Below are positions 18,718 to 28,257 of a DNA stretch of 64,000 nt, one piece after another. The DNA is from Hyalangium minutum (GTDB lineage Bacteria; Myxococcota; Myxococcia; Myxococcales; Myxococcaceae): the NCBI RefSeq assembly GCF_000737315.1, contig NZ_JMCB01000014.1, forward strand, positions 248,001 to 312,000, in the 5' to 3' direction. The translations under genes were made by a program, and so were the position numbers. Numbering within the stretch: the first letter of the stretch is position 1; each line of letters begins with the position of its first letter. The notes under the pieces were generated by a model. That model made no database searches and had not been told where the DNA came from. It worked only from the letters and a program-made list of their open reading frames with translations.

Positions 18718-19939
18718 CCGAGGCGTTCAGCAGCCCCGCATCGTTGATCTTTCCCAGGCCCTTCACCGGGGTCGAGCTGTCCGCGACGACGTCATACAGC
18801 ACGAGCCCGCCAAACGTGTCCACGAGCAGCGTCCGTCCATCCTCGCTGATGTCGAGCACACGGATCACCGATTCAATCGCCAGCTCGCGGGTCGCATCGC
18901 GATCCAGATCGTACTCGTACAGACGAACGGGGGTGTAGTGAGGAACACCCTCGCGGAAATACACGGTCCGCCGGAGCGGGCTCGCCGCGTCGAAGGAGTC
19001 GTGAGAGCTGCACATTCCCTAGTGAAGTCGCCAGACCCGCTCCTGGCCGGTGCTCAACTCGACGCGCCGGTAGGTCGAGGAATCGGGCCCCTCGCAGTCG
19101 GTCCCGCGCGTGCCTTCGCGATAGAACAGCATCGTGTCCCCGAGCACCACGGGCGTCAGCATCCCGAGGCGGACCTGCCGCAAGGGAGGGCCGACCTGCC
19201 ACGGCTTCTTGCCCGCCCTGTCCAACGTGGCGAGACGGACGCCACGGCTGGGATGCCTCAGCACGGTGCGCGGCTCACCGTTGACCAGCATGTTGCCCGC
19301 GGTGTCGGTCAGGCCGCGAGGGAGCACGCGAATGCCCTCGGGCCGCGGGCCGAAGTTCCAACTCCACCACTCGTACAGGGTCGAATCTGCCACGGAGACG
19401 AGCACGCGCGAGCCGTCCGGCGTGAACTGCTCGGGGAACTGAGGGAAGAAGCGCGCCCCCTGCGTCCATGTCTCCGACCACGTCTCCAGCATGCCGGGGG
19501 TGATGGCCACGATTCCGTTGAGGTCTCCGAGGACGAGGAAGGTGCCGCCCTTGGCACGTCCGGCCTTGCTGGTGGGCACGGCGAGCTCGCGACCCGACAC
19601 CACGAAGCTCACCAGACGGCTCGAGGGGATATCGCTGTCCCCTGTGACGTCTGCGGATGCCGCCCAGCGTCCTGTCTGCGGGTGCACGGCGAGCCCGAAG
19701 AAGCTGCACGGCTTCGACTCGCGCACGATCTTGCCCCGCTCAGGACCTCCGAGCATGCGCTTATCGATGGTCTGTCGGCAGTCCGCGAGGATTCGTGGGC
19801 CGTCCATTCCCACGTAGACGACACTCCCCTCCTGGGCGACGATCATCGGCACGGGCGACACGGGGGTTTCGGCCCACGCCACGGTCGCAGACGTGGCCAA
19901 CAGGGCGAGCAGCACGGTGGCGCGATAAGCGTTGAGCAT
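18710..19939 (-). pseudogene. Secreted beta-rich protein interrupted by an in-frame TAG at 19019-19021
   Basis: Signal peptide at 19939. ORFs 19019..19939 and 18710..19015 are in the same frame (...RLH-TAG-GGA-ATG-CSSHD...). Confidence 0.6.
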
Positions 19940-20085
19940 GCCGCAGAGGACGGACGCATCCAGCCGGTATTCACGCGCAGTGAGACAGCCGGGTCAGCCG
20001 CTCTCCACGCGTGTCGCATTCATTCAAGCGCGTCCCCTCCCTCCTTCTTACGCTCCGCACGAGAGAACGAAAGGAGCAGAGGGTC

Positions 20086-20394
20086 ATGTCGAGTCGAGCA
20101 CCGGTCGGCGGCACGCTTTCCATTGAGGTCCATCTCCGCGCCGAGGCGGCCTCCAGCCTCAAGGCCGTGGGCCACAGGCTGGACCGTCAGCTCACAGCGC
20201 TGCGGGAGTTGGGAGCACAGATGCAAGCGATGCCACTCGGAGCCGCGCGTGAGAAGAGGGTCGCCGAGTACGACGAGAAGCGGCGTGAAGCGGAGTACCT
20301 CAAGTGGACCCTCATCGTTCAACGCGAGGCGATGGGCCTCGCCCACCACGAGGACGTGCACGAGCTCTACCGCGTTCCGCCCAAGCTGAGCTGA
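20086..20394 (+). CDS. Small conserved-type myxobacterial hypothetical protein
   Basis: AAGGAG RBS upstream; helical; ends W.LIVQREAMGLAHHEDVHELYRVPP. Confidence 0.6.
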   Translation: MSSRAPVGGTLSIEVHLRAEAASSLKAVGHRLDRQLTALRELGAQMQAMPLGAAREKRVAEYDEKRREAEYLKWTLIVQREAMGLAHHEDVHELYRVPPKLS

Positions 20395-20539
20395 GGGCGG
20401 CCCTGCCAAAGGGCATGCGCCGAGCCCCCCTCCTCCCCTCGCATCGTCCTACCCACAAAGTCTCTGGACTTTGCCCAATGCACCGGATTGGATCCCACCC
20501 CTGACAGCAGGCGGGGCTCAGAGGAGCCCGGGGGGAGAC

Positions 20540-23500
20540 ATGCGGCAGGTTCTTGGGTGGGGAATGGTAGTGGCCCTGTGCTGTGCGGCCAGTGCGGTGG
20601 GCGCGCAGCAGCCGGATGCGCGGCTACAGGAAGCGCAGACGGCCTATGACGAGGCGATAACGCTCAACAAGGCGGGCAAGTACGCCGAGGCTGTGGCGCG
20701 GGGTGAGCGTGCGCTCGGCCTGCGGGAGGCGGTTCTCGGGGGCACGCATCCAGAGGTCGCCACGTGTCTGGATCTGCTCGGCGGGGTGCACCTGCAGCAG
20801 GGGAACTTCGCCCAGGCCGAGCCACTGCTTCAACGCGGGCTGACCCTTCGGGAAGCGGCGCTCGGCAAGGACCATCCCGACGTTGCCCAATCGCTCTACA
20901 ACCTCGCCAATCTCTACGTGGCCCAGGGAATGAGGGGCCGTGCCGAGCCGCTCTACCAGCGCTCGCTCGCCATTCGGGAAGCGGCGCTCGGCAAGGACCA
21001 TCCCGACGTTGCCCAATCGCTCACCAGTCTCGCCAACCTCTACAGGGATCTGGGGAAGTACGCTCAGGCCGAGCCGCTCTACCTGCGCGCGGTCGCCATT
21101 CGGGAGGCGGCCCTTGGTAAGAACCATCTCGACGTTGCCCAATCGCTCAACAGCTTCGCCACGCTCTACAAGCTCCAGGGGAAGTACACACAGTCCGAGT
21201 CGCTCTACCAGCGTGCGCTCGCCATTCGGGAAGCGGCCCTCAGCAAGAATCACCCCTCCATCGCTGCCTCGCTCAACAACCTCGCCATCCTCTATGTGGA
21301 GCAGGGGATGTACGGCCGCGCCGAGCCGCTCTACCAGCGCGCGCTCGCCCTCATGGAAGAGACCTTCGGCAAGAACCACCCTGCCGTCGCCAGCGCGCTG
21401 AACAACCTCGCCGAGCTCTACAGGCTCCAAGGGAAGTACGCTCAGGCCGAGCCGCTCTACCAGCGTGCGCTCGCCATTCGGGAGGCGGCGCTTGGCAAGG
21501 ACCATCCCAACGTCGCCGATTCGCTCAACGACCTCGCCCATCTCTACCAACGTCAGGGAATGTACGGCCGGGCCAAGCCGCTCTTCGAACGCGCGCTCAC
21601 CATTCGGGAAGCGAGCCTTGGCAAGGACCATCCCGACGTTGCCAAATCGCTCAACAACCTGGGCAACCTCTACAGGGAGCAGGGGATATACGACCGGGCC
21701 GAGCCGCTCTACCAGCGCGCGATCGCCATCAAGGAGGCGGCCCTCGGCCAGAATCATCCCAGTCTCGCCTTCTCGCTCCACGGCCTCGCCATCCTCTATG
21801 CGGAGCAGGGGATGTACGGCCGCGCCGAGCCGCTCTACCAGCGCGCGCTCGCCATGCGGGAAGCGACCCTGGGCAAGGACCATCCTGATGTCGCCGCCTC
21901 GCTCTACGATCTCGCCAGCCTCTACAAGACCCGGGGGATGTACGACCAGGCCGAGCCGCTCTACCAGCGCGCGCTCGCCATTGAGGAAGCGGCTGTCGGC
22001 AAGACCCACCCTGACGTCGCCAGAACGCTCACCGGCCTCGCCCTCCTCTACGGGGAACAGGGGATGCACGACCGGGCCAAGCCGCTCTTCGAACGCGCGC
22101 TCGCCATTTTTGAAGCGGTGCTCGGTCAGAATCCTTCCGAAGCCGTCACCGCTCCCGCAGTCGTCGCTTCGCTCACTGGCCTGGCCAACCTCTACCAGGA
22201 GCAGGGGATGTACGACCGGGCCGAGTCGCTCCACAAGCGCGCGCTGGCCATCGTGGAAGCAGTCCTCGGCAAGAACCACCCCGATGTTGTCAGCGCTCTC
22301 AACCGCATCGCCTTACTCAGGCTGGCCCAGAATCGTCTCGGCGCCGCCGTTCCGCTGTTCACCCGCGCTTTTGCCGTGTCCGAGCGGCGCCTGCGCCACG
22401 AGGCCCTTGATCTCTCCGAGGCGCGCCTGGCCAGCTTTCTCCAGCTGCTGCGCACCGACGAGGAACGCATCTATGCGCTGCTGCACGCGCATCCTGATGA
22501 CGCCCGCGTGAGACGGCTGGCCCTGGGCGCCGCGTTGCTGCTCAAAGGCCGCTCCGCGGAGGAGACGGCCGACATCTCCCGCTCCGTCTACCGGAGCCTG
22601 GGAGCCCAGGAGCGCGACACCTTCGAGCGGTTGCGCGGGCTGCGCACCCAACTGGCCACGCTGTCGCTCCAAGGCCCTGGCTCGCTGACACCCACCGCCT
22701 ACCAACAACACCTCAAAGAGCTCTCCGAGCAGGGTGATGCGCTCGAAGCGGGCCTGGCCAGGCGCTCGGCCCCCCTGCGCGCGCTGGCCGCACTGCCGCC
22801 TCCCGGCGAGATTGTGGACCGTGTCGCCCAAGCCCTGCCCAGAGATGGCGCCCTCATCGAGTTCATCACCTATGAGGACCGTCCGCTGGTGCCCAAACCC
22901 GGTACACCGCAGGAACAGCTCAAGGGACAGCTGCGCTACCTGGCGCTGGTGCTCTTGCCAGACGCCACCATTCGCGTCCGGGATCTCGGCCCCGCCGAGC
23001 CGATGGATGTGGCCGCCACGCGCCTGAGAGACGCGCTGGCCAACCGGGACACTGCCTTCCAAACCCACGCTCAGGCGCTCTACCAGCAGGCGTTCCAACC
23101 GCTGCTTCCGCTGTTAGGGAAGACGCGCCGTCTCTTCCTCTCCCCGGATGGACAGCTGGCCCTGGTGCCGTTTGCCGCCCTGCACGATGGAGAGCAGTTC
23201 CTCGTGGAGCGCTTCGATTTCAGCTACCTCACCTCCGGCAAGGATCTGCTGCCTCGCCCCCTGGAGGGAGCCCCCGCGACCTCCGTGGTCGTCCTGGCCG
23301 ATCCGGACTTCAGCGCCCCGTTGCCAACACCCGCTCCCTCGATGGAAGCGCCTTCAGCGCAGGCCTACCGCTCCAGCTCTCTCGAGCGCTTCTTCTCCAG
23401 GCTGAGCGAGGAGCCGACGCAGCGAGCATGGGCGCCTGTGCCATTGCCAGGCACCCGCCAGGAGGCCGAAGCCATCCAGCGTCTGGTGCCCCAGGCTCAG

Positions 23501-24148
23501 CTCTTCCTGGGCGCAGAGGCCACCAAGGAGCGGCTGCTGCAACTGCCTCCCCCGAGCATCCTGCACCTGGCCACGCACGGCTTCTTCTTGAAGGATGCCT
23601 CCGCGCCTCCACGCTCGCGCGCCATAGGAAAATGCTGCGCGTTGGGAGAGGACCCTGAGGCCTCAAGCCCGCCGGATCCGCTGCTGCGCTCCGGGCTGAT
23701 GTTCGCGGGGGCGGGGGCGCGGCCGGCCTCTCACACCCGAGCTGCTCAGGCCCCGCCAGAAAGTGCGTTGGCAACGGCGCTGGAGCTGGCAGGCCTCAAC
23801 CTGTGGGGGACGCAGCTGGTGGTGCTGTCTGCCTGTGACACGGGCAGAGGTGAGGTGAACCTGGGCCAGGGAGTGTACGGGCTGAGGCGAGCCTTCGTGG
23901 TGGCTGGAGCGGAGACGGTGGTGATGAGCCTGTGGAAGGTGAACGACGAGACAACGAGCGAGTTGATGGAGGCCTACTACCGCAACCTGCTGGCGGGGCA
24001 TGGCCGAGCCACCGCGCTGCACGAGGCGATGCGCTGGCTGCGTACCACCCAGCCCCATCCTCACTTCTGGGCACCGTTCATCGCGCTGGGCCGGGACGCC
24101 CCGCTGCGCGCGCTGGAACTCAGCCGGCCGGAGCCGCCGAAGCAGTAG
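20540..24148 (+). CDS. Secreted TPR (about 14 x 42-aa) - CHAT caspase-like protease
   Basis: Signal peptide; repeats AEPLYQRALAIREAALGKDHPDVA; CHAT dyad LHLATHGF and VVLSACDTG; ends HPHFWAPF. Confidence 0.95.
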   Translation: MRQVLGWGMVVALCCAASAVGAQQPDARLQEAQTAYDEAITLNKAGKYAEAVARGERALGLREAVLGGTHPEVATCLDLLGGVHLQQGNFAQAEPLLQRGLTLREAALGKDHPDVAQSLYNLANLYVAQGMRGRAEPLYQRSLAIREAALGKDHPDVAQSLTSLANLYRDLGKYAQAEPLYLRAVAIREAALGKNHLDVAQSLNSFATLYKLQGKYTQSESLYQRALAIREAALSKNHPSIAASLNNLAILYVEQGMYGRAEPLYQRALALMEETFGKNHPAVASALNNLAELYRLQGKYAQAEPLYQRALAIREAALGKDHPNVADSLNDLAHLYQRQGMYGRAKPLFERALTIREASLGKDHPDVAKSLNNLGNLYREQGIYDRAEPLYQRAIAIKEAALGQNHPSLAFSLHGLAILYAEQGMYGRAEPLYQRALAMREATLGKDHPDVAASLYDLASLYKTRGMYDQAEPLYQRALAIEEAAVGKTHPDVARTLTGLALLYGEQGMHDRAKPLFERALAIFEAVLGQNPSEAVTAPAVVASLTGLANLYQEQGMYDRAESLHKRALAIVEAVLGKNHPDVVSALNRIALLRLAQNRLGAAVPLFTRAFAVSERRLRHEALDLSEARLASFLQLLRTDEERIYALLHAHPDDARVRRLALGAALLLKGRSAEETADISRSVYRSLGAQERDTFERLRGLRTQLATLSLQGPGSLTPTAYQQHLKELSEQGDALEAGLARRSAPLRALAALPPPGEIVDRVAQALPRDGALIEFITYEDRPLVPKPGTPQEQLKGQLRYLALVLLPDATIRVRDLGPAEPMDVAATRLRDALANRDTAFQTHAQALYQQAFQPLLPLLGKTRRLFLSPDGQLALVPFAALHDGEQFLVERFDFSYLTSGKDLLPRPLEGAPATSVVVLADPDFSAPLPTPAPSMEAPSAQAYRSSSLERFFSRLSEEPTQRAWAPVPLPGTRQEAEAIQRLVPQAQLFLGAEATKERLLQLPPPSILHLATHGFFLKDASAPPRSRAIGKCCALGEDPEASSPPDPLLRSGLMFAGAGARPASHTRAAQAPPESALATALELAGLNLWGTQLVVLSACDTGRGEVNLGQGVYGLRRAFVVAGAETVVMSLWKVNDETTSELMEAYYRNLLAGHGRATALHEAMRWLRTTQPHPHFWAPFIALGRDAPLRALELSRPEPPKQ

Positions 24149-24182
24149 CCCTCGGTCCCGCCTCATACATAAGGCAGCGGTA

Positions 24183-24204
24183 GGTTCGATTGCCGCCGCT
24201 TCCA
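24183..24204 (+). repeat. 22-bp tRNA/tmRNA 3'-end-like sequence (att-like), exact direct repeat of 51900-51921
   Basis: GGTTCGATTGCCGCCGCTTCCA is identical at both sites and contains the T-loop TTCGATT. Confidence 0.65.
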
Positions 24205-24211
24205 TCCCGAG

Positions 24212-24249
24212 AAGCCCAGCAATCTTGACGGGTTGCTGGGCTTTTCTTT
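24212..24249 (+). terminator. Intrinsic terminator
   Basis: AAGCCCAGCAA / TTGCTGGGCTT 11-bp stem, 10-nt loop, then TTTTCTTT. Lies between convergent genes. Confidence 0.7.
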
Positions 24250-24340
24250 CGTGGGAGGAGTGGCGCAATTCATGCCAGCCGCTGCGCCCCTCCGCGCGCT
24301 GATGTCCACCCTGCGTAGTGCCCACAGTAGCTGCGTTTGG

Positions 24341-26122
24341 TCAATGATTGCCCGTCCAAACAACGGCCCGCTCATCGGCGGGATTGATGCCCACGACGTC
24401 GGCCCCGCCGCCTCCAGTGACGTCCGCCACGCGGAACTGGTAGCCCGAATAGTTGTATGGCCCGTTCAGCCATTCCACACCACCGCTGAAGCTGCCGCCT
24501 GTGCTCGCCCACACAACGGCCCGCTCATCGGCGGCACTGATGCCCACCACCTCGGCCCTGCCGTCTCCAGTGACGTCCGCCACGTGGAATTGGTAGCCCG
24601 AGTAGTTGTATGGCCCGTTCAGCCATTCCACACCACCGCTGAAGCTGCCGCCTGTGCTCGCCCACACAACGGCCCGCTCATCGGCGGGACTGATGCCCAC
24701 CACCTCGGCCCTGCCGTCTCTATTAACGTCTGCCACGTGAAATTGATAGCCCGAGTAGTTGTATGGCCCGTTCAGCCATTCCACACCACCGCTGAAGCTG
24801 CCGCCTGTGCTCGCCCACACAACGGCCCGCTCATCGGCGGCACTGATGCCCACCACCTCGGCCCTGCCGTCTCCAGTGACGTCCGCCACGTGGAATTGGT
24901 AGCCCGAGTAGTTGTATGGCCCGTTCAGCCATTCCACACCACCGCTGAAGCCGCCGCCTGTGCTCGCCCACACAACGGCCCGTTCATCGGCGGGATTGAT
25001 GCCCACCACGTCGGCCCTGCCGTCTCCATTAACGTCTGCCACGTGGAACTGATAGCCCGAATAATTGTATGGCCCGTTCAGCCATTCCACACCACCGCTG
25101 AAGCCGCCGCCTGTGCTCGCCCACACAACGGCCCGTTCATCGGCGGGATTGATGCCCACCACCTCAGCCCTACCGTCTCCAGTGACGTCCGCCACGTGGA
25201 ACTGGTAGCCCGAATAATTGTATGGCCCGTTCAGCCATTCCACACCACCGTTGAAAAGAAAGGCAGAGCGGGAGTAGAGAGCACGTACACCCTGCGCATC
25301 AAGATTGGTGATCGACAGATCTGAGGTGAGAACGCCGTTGCACCATGGGTAATGCATCACTGAACTCGCGTCGTAGGTTGTCAGGGCTCTCCAAGAGCTA
25401 TCCTCGTAGCAGTCGACGCGGATGTGCTCGTGACGGAAGCCCAGGACGTGGCCGAGTTCGTGGCGGAGGACTCCGAGCGTAGTAACGTTAGGAGCGTTCT
25501 GCCGATAGAAGGGATTGGTGTCCAGATCCGTCATGTCAATAACAATGGTCCGTGGGACGCACCCACCGCCGGAGGGGAAGAATGCGCATGCCCCCCCACC
25601 TGACCAAGGACGAACAGAGAAAGTCGTCGCGGCATTGCCGTTGTGACAGTTAGCATCATGGGTCGGGTCATAAATGAAATCGACGTCAGCCACGGCTTCC
25701 CACGCGCTGGTTGCTTGACTCATTTCAAAAACAGCGCGTGACTTACGGGCGCCAAACTCATTGCTCACGCAGTATCGTAAGTTGCGCCGCAACGTGCCAT
25801 TCCATATGTCGTCCTGGGAGTTCACGCGATTCACAATGAGCGGTTGCTGCAAAGTGCCGGAAAGATCGCTTGGCACTTCGGCTGCAACGTTTCGCTCGTA
25901 GTAGTCACGCAGTTCTTCGTGGGTGAGCGGTAAATCCCCTTCAACCACAAAGGACAGGGTCCCCTCGAAGCTGCGCGTGGAGTCACGTTCAAACTCTTCC
26001 CAAGAAGGAGGAGTCTTTCTTTCCTCGACAGAACCGCAGCCCGCAGCCCCCAAGATGAGGACTCCAGCCATGGTCATGAACTTGGCAGTTGCATTGAAAG
26101 GCACTCTGATTTTTGGGTTCAT
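24341..26122 (-). CDS. Lipoprotein M57/matrixin-like zinc metalloprotease with six FG-GAP-like repeats
   Basis: AAGC lipobox; FVVEGDL prodomain; HELGHVLGFRHEH metzincin motif; YDASSVMHYP Met-turn; six 51-aa repeats. Start taken at ATG 26122 (AGGA upstream). Confidence 0.9.
   Translation of the reverse strand: MNPKIRVPFNATAKFMTMAGVLILGAAGCGSVEERKTPPSWEEFERDSTRSFEGTLSFVVEGDLPLTHEELRDYYERNVAAEVPSDLSGTLQQPLIVNRVNSQDDIWNGTLRRNLRYCVSNEFGARKSRAVFEMSQATSAWEAVADVDFIYDPTHDANCHNGNAATTFSVRPWSGGGACAFFPSGGGCVPRTIVIDMTDLDTNPFYRQNAPNVTTLGVLRHELGHVLGFRHEHIRVDCYEDSSWRALTTYDASSVMHYPWCNGVLTSDLSITNLDAQGVRALYSRSAFLFNGGVEWLNGPYNYSGYQFHVADVTGDGRAEVVGINPADERAVVWASTGGGFSGGVEWLNGPYNYSGYQFHVADVNGDGRADVVGINPADERAVVWASTGGGFSGGVEWLNGPYNYSGYQFHVADVTGDGRAEVVGISAADERAVVWASTGGSFSGGVEWLNGPYNYSGYQFHVADVNRDGRAEVVGISPADERAVVWASTGGSFSGGVEWLNGPYNYSGYQFHVADVTGDGRAEVVGISAADERAVVWASTGGSFSGGVEWLNGPYNYSGYQFRVADVTGGGGADVVGINPADERAVVWTGNH
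24344..25255 (-). repeat. Six near-identical 153-bp coding tandem repeats
   Basis: Unit FSGGVEWLNGPYNYSGYQFHVADV.GDGRA.VVGI..ADERAVVWASTGG.; 153-bp period (e.g. 24461 vs 24614). Confidence 0.9.
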
Positions 26123-26462
26123 CGGATTTCCTGAACTCTTAGTGGGTGGCATTGTCTCGGCCGGATGAGTCCGTAGGCGCACGGCCCTGAGTAAATGGAG
26201 ATAGCGCGCCAATTTCACAAGTGGGCACTGCACCGAGCCACCAGCAAACCCCTCATGAAGTCACGGGTCCACAGTGTCACGGAGTGAGGACCGAAGCAGC
26301 TTCTTGGAGGCTTAGATTATCACAACTCAAGATTTGCGCAGATTTCGCTCCGTCTCCAACGAGAACTCGCCTGAGCCCGCACCAGCCCTTGGCGTGGCTT
26401 GACAGCAGATTATTCTCTCCCAATATTGCGCGTCCCTTACAAACGGCTTTTAGGGAGACCAC

Positions 26463-26604
26463 ATGCGATGGCACTGGGGAGCGCTTGGCGCAGGCATCAT
26501 TTTGAGTCTCGCAATCAATCCTGCCTGGGGTAACGATGCGCGCTTACCGGAGAGGCATGGATCACCTCACGAGTCTCCTCTTATCCCTGAGTATAAGAAG
26601 CTAG
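26463..26604 (+). pseudogene. 5' part (signal peptide) of the C1q + fibrinogen-like gene split by IS1380
   Basis: MRWHWGALGAGIILSLAINPAWG...EYKKL. Removing the IS and one CTAG joins it in frame to LDPVLNQSS at 28258. Confidence 0.8.
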
Positions 26605-28257
26605 CCCGGATCTGTCACACGGAGGAGCGCGCCGGGCGGCTCGGCCTCAATCCTCGGAGTCTGGTTGCCGCGCTTGGCAAAAGGAAGCTCGGCAGCGTGC
26701 TGCAGGCATGACAGGAGCCTGCACCGGCCGGTGTTGGGACCCGTCAAGGTTGTCAAAGAGCAACAGGGTGTCAGGAGGGAGCTGGGACTTCGCAGAGCTG
26801 TTGCGCGACGCGCGCGAACAAGTCCTGCACTGGGGCCGCCGCGCTGAGCGAGAGCACGACACGACGGACGCTGACGCGGACGATGGCGGCGACCTTGAGC
26901 AGCTTCAGCCGGAGGGTGCCCACTTGGGCCCGCTCCATCTCGGTGCCGCGCAGGCCGAAGTGGCGCAGCAGGTTGAGCAGCACGTACGCGGCGGAGGAAA
27001 ACCAGAGGCGCAGCTGGTTGGCGCGCAGGGTGTGGGCACTGGTCCTGTCGGCGAACAGGCCCAGCTGCTGCTCCTTGATACGGTTCTCCATGTCGCCGCG
27101 GGCGCAGTAGAGCTGCTCGTACAGAGCTCGGGCCCCACACGCCTCGGTGCGCAAGGAAGTCACCACGAAGCGCGGGTTGAATTTGTCGCTGAGCCACTCT
27201 GCTTTGGCCACGACGCGGCGTTCGCGCGTCCAGGACTCCCGCGTGCGGTAGCGCAACTCCCGGTACGCCCGCACCGGAGCGCCTTTGCGCTCCTGGAGGG
27301 AGACGGCGCGCATCAGCTTCAGGTCCTCGCCAATCATGGCTTCCAGCCGGGCGTTTCTGGCAAGGCCGAACACGAAGTCGACGGTGTTCTGCTCGCACCA
27401 GCTCATGAGCTCATCCCGAGCGAAGCCGGAGTCTGCACGCAGCAGGATTCGTGTGGTGGGCCAGCGCGCTCGGATGCGCGAGACGATGCGCTGCACTTCC
27501 TCCAGCGAGCCTGCGGCAGCGTCGACGTCGGCGGTGCGCAGCCTGGCGCACAGCAGGAAGTCGCCCGCGAAGATGTAGAGTGGCAGGTAGCAGTAGTTGC
27601 CGTAGTAGCCGTGGAAGAAACGGCCCTCCTGCGTGCCATGAATCGGGTCGTCGGTGGCATCCAGGTCCAGCACCACTTGTTTCAGCGGCTCACGGTGCGC
27701 ATCCAGGAACGCCTCGACGAAGAAGTTCTCGATGGCTTGGCCGTCGTAAACCACCTTCCGGTAGCGGGCCTGCGCCGTCGCGTCCGCGGGCGTCAACTCC
27801 AGCCGGTTGAGCGTGCTCGGGCTGGCCAACGGCTGCTTCTGGGGCTCCGCCTTGCCCACCACGGCCGCCAGCAGCGGGTCGTTGCGCAGCGTCTCATGGT
27901 CCACCAGGTCCTCGTAGCCGCAGGCGAGGCCAAACACGCGCTGACGGACGAGCTCTTCCACCGAGTGCTCAATCAACTCCGGCTTTCTCAAGTCCTTGAA
28001 GCACTCAGCGAACTTCCTCATCAGCCCGAACCGCTGGTCCGTCCGGTGCAACAGCGCCAGCCCTCCGTCCGACGAGATGTGCTCGCCGTCGAACGCCGCC
28101 ACCAGTTTCCTTTTCCCCACGTTGTCGAACTCGACCTGCTTCGCGTTACACTCTGTTTTCACCGCGTAGCTCCTTCCAATGAGTGGAAAGCCTTGAGAAC
28201 TCTCCAGTTATCGGCCGGTCGCTACGCGGTGTTCCCTCCCTTTGTGATCGATCCGGG
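26605..28257 (-). mobile_element. Complete IS1380-family insertion sequence (1653 bp)
   Basis: TIRs CCCGGATCTGTCACA / CCCGGATCGATCACA. CTAG is duplicated at 26601-26604 and 28258-28261. Confidence 0.9.
26771..28162 (-). CDS. IS1380-family DDE transposase
   Basis: AAFDGEHISSDGGLALL, LDLDATDDPIHGTQEGRFFHGYY..YCYLPL, LLRADSGF, YCARGDMENRIKE. GTG start with GGAAGGAG. Confidence 0.95.
   Translation of the reverse strand: MKTECNAKQVEFDNVGKRKLVAAFDGEHISSDGGLALLHRTDQRFGLMRKFAECFKDLRKPELIEHSVEELVRQRVFGLACGYEDLVDHETLRNDPLLAAVVGKAEPQKQPLASPSTLNRLELTPADATAQARYRKVVYDGQAIENFFVEAFLDAHREPLKQVVLDLDATDDPIHGTQEGRFFHGYYGNYCYLPLYIFAGDFLLCARLRTADVDAAAGSLEEVQRIVSRIRARWPTTRILLRADSGFARDELMSWCEQNTVDFVFGLARNARLEAMIGEDLKLMRAVSLQERKGAPVRAYRELRYRTRESWTRERRVVAKAEWLSDKFNPRFVVTSLRTEACGARALYEQLYCARGDMENRIKEQQLGLFADRTSAHTLRANQLRLWFSSAAYVLLNLLRHFGLRGTEMERAQVGTLRLKLLKVAAIVRVSVRRVVLSLSAAAPVQDLFARVAQQLCEVPAPS

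Noticed and set aside
19019-19021. Pyrrolysine/programmed amber read-through
   Set aside because: No pyl genes or supporting structure are visible. A nonsense mutation is simpler.
24233-25324. 363-aa periodic ORF on the + strand
   Set aside because: Antisense shadow of the six 153-bp protease repeats.
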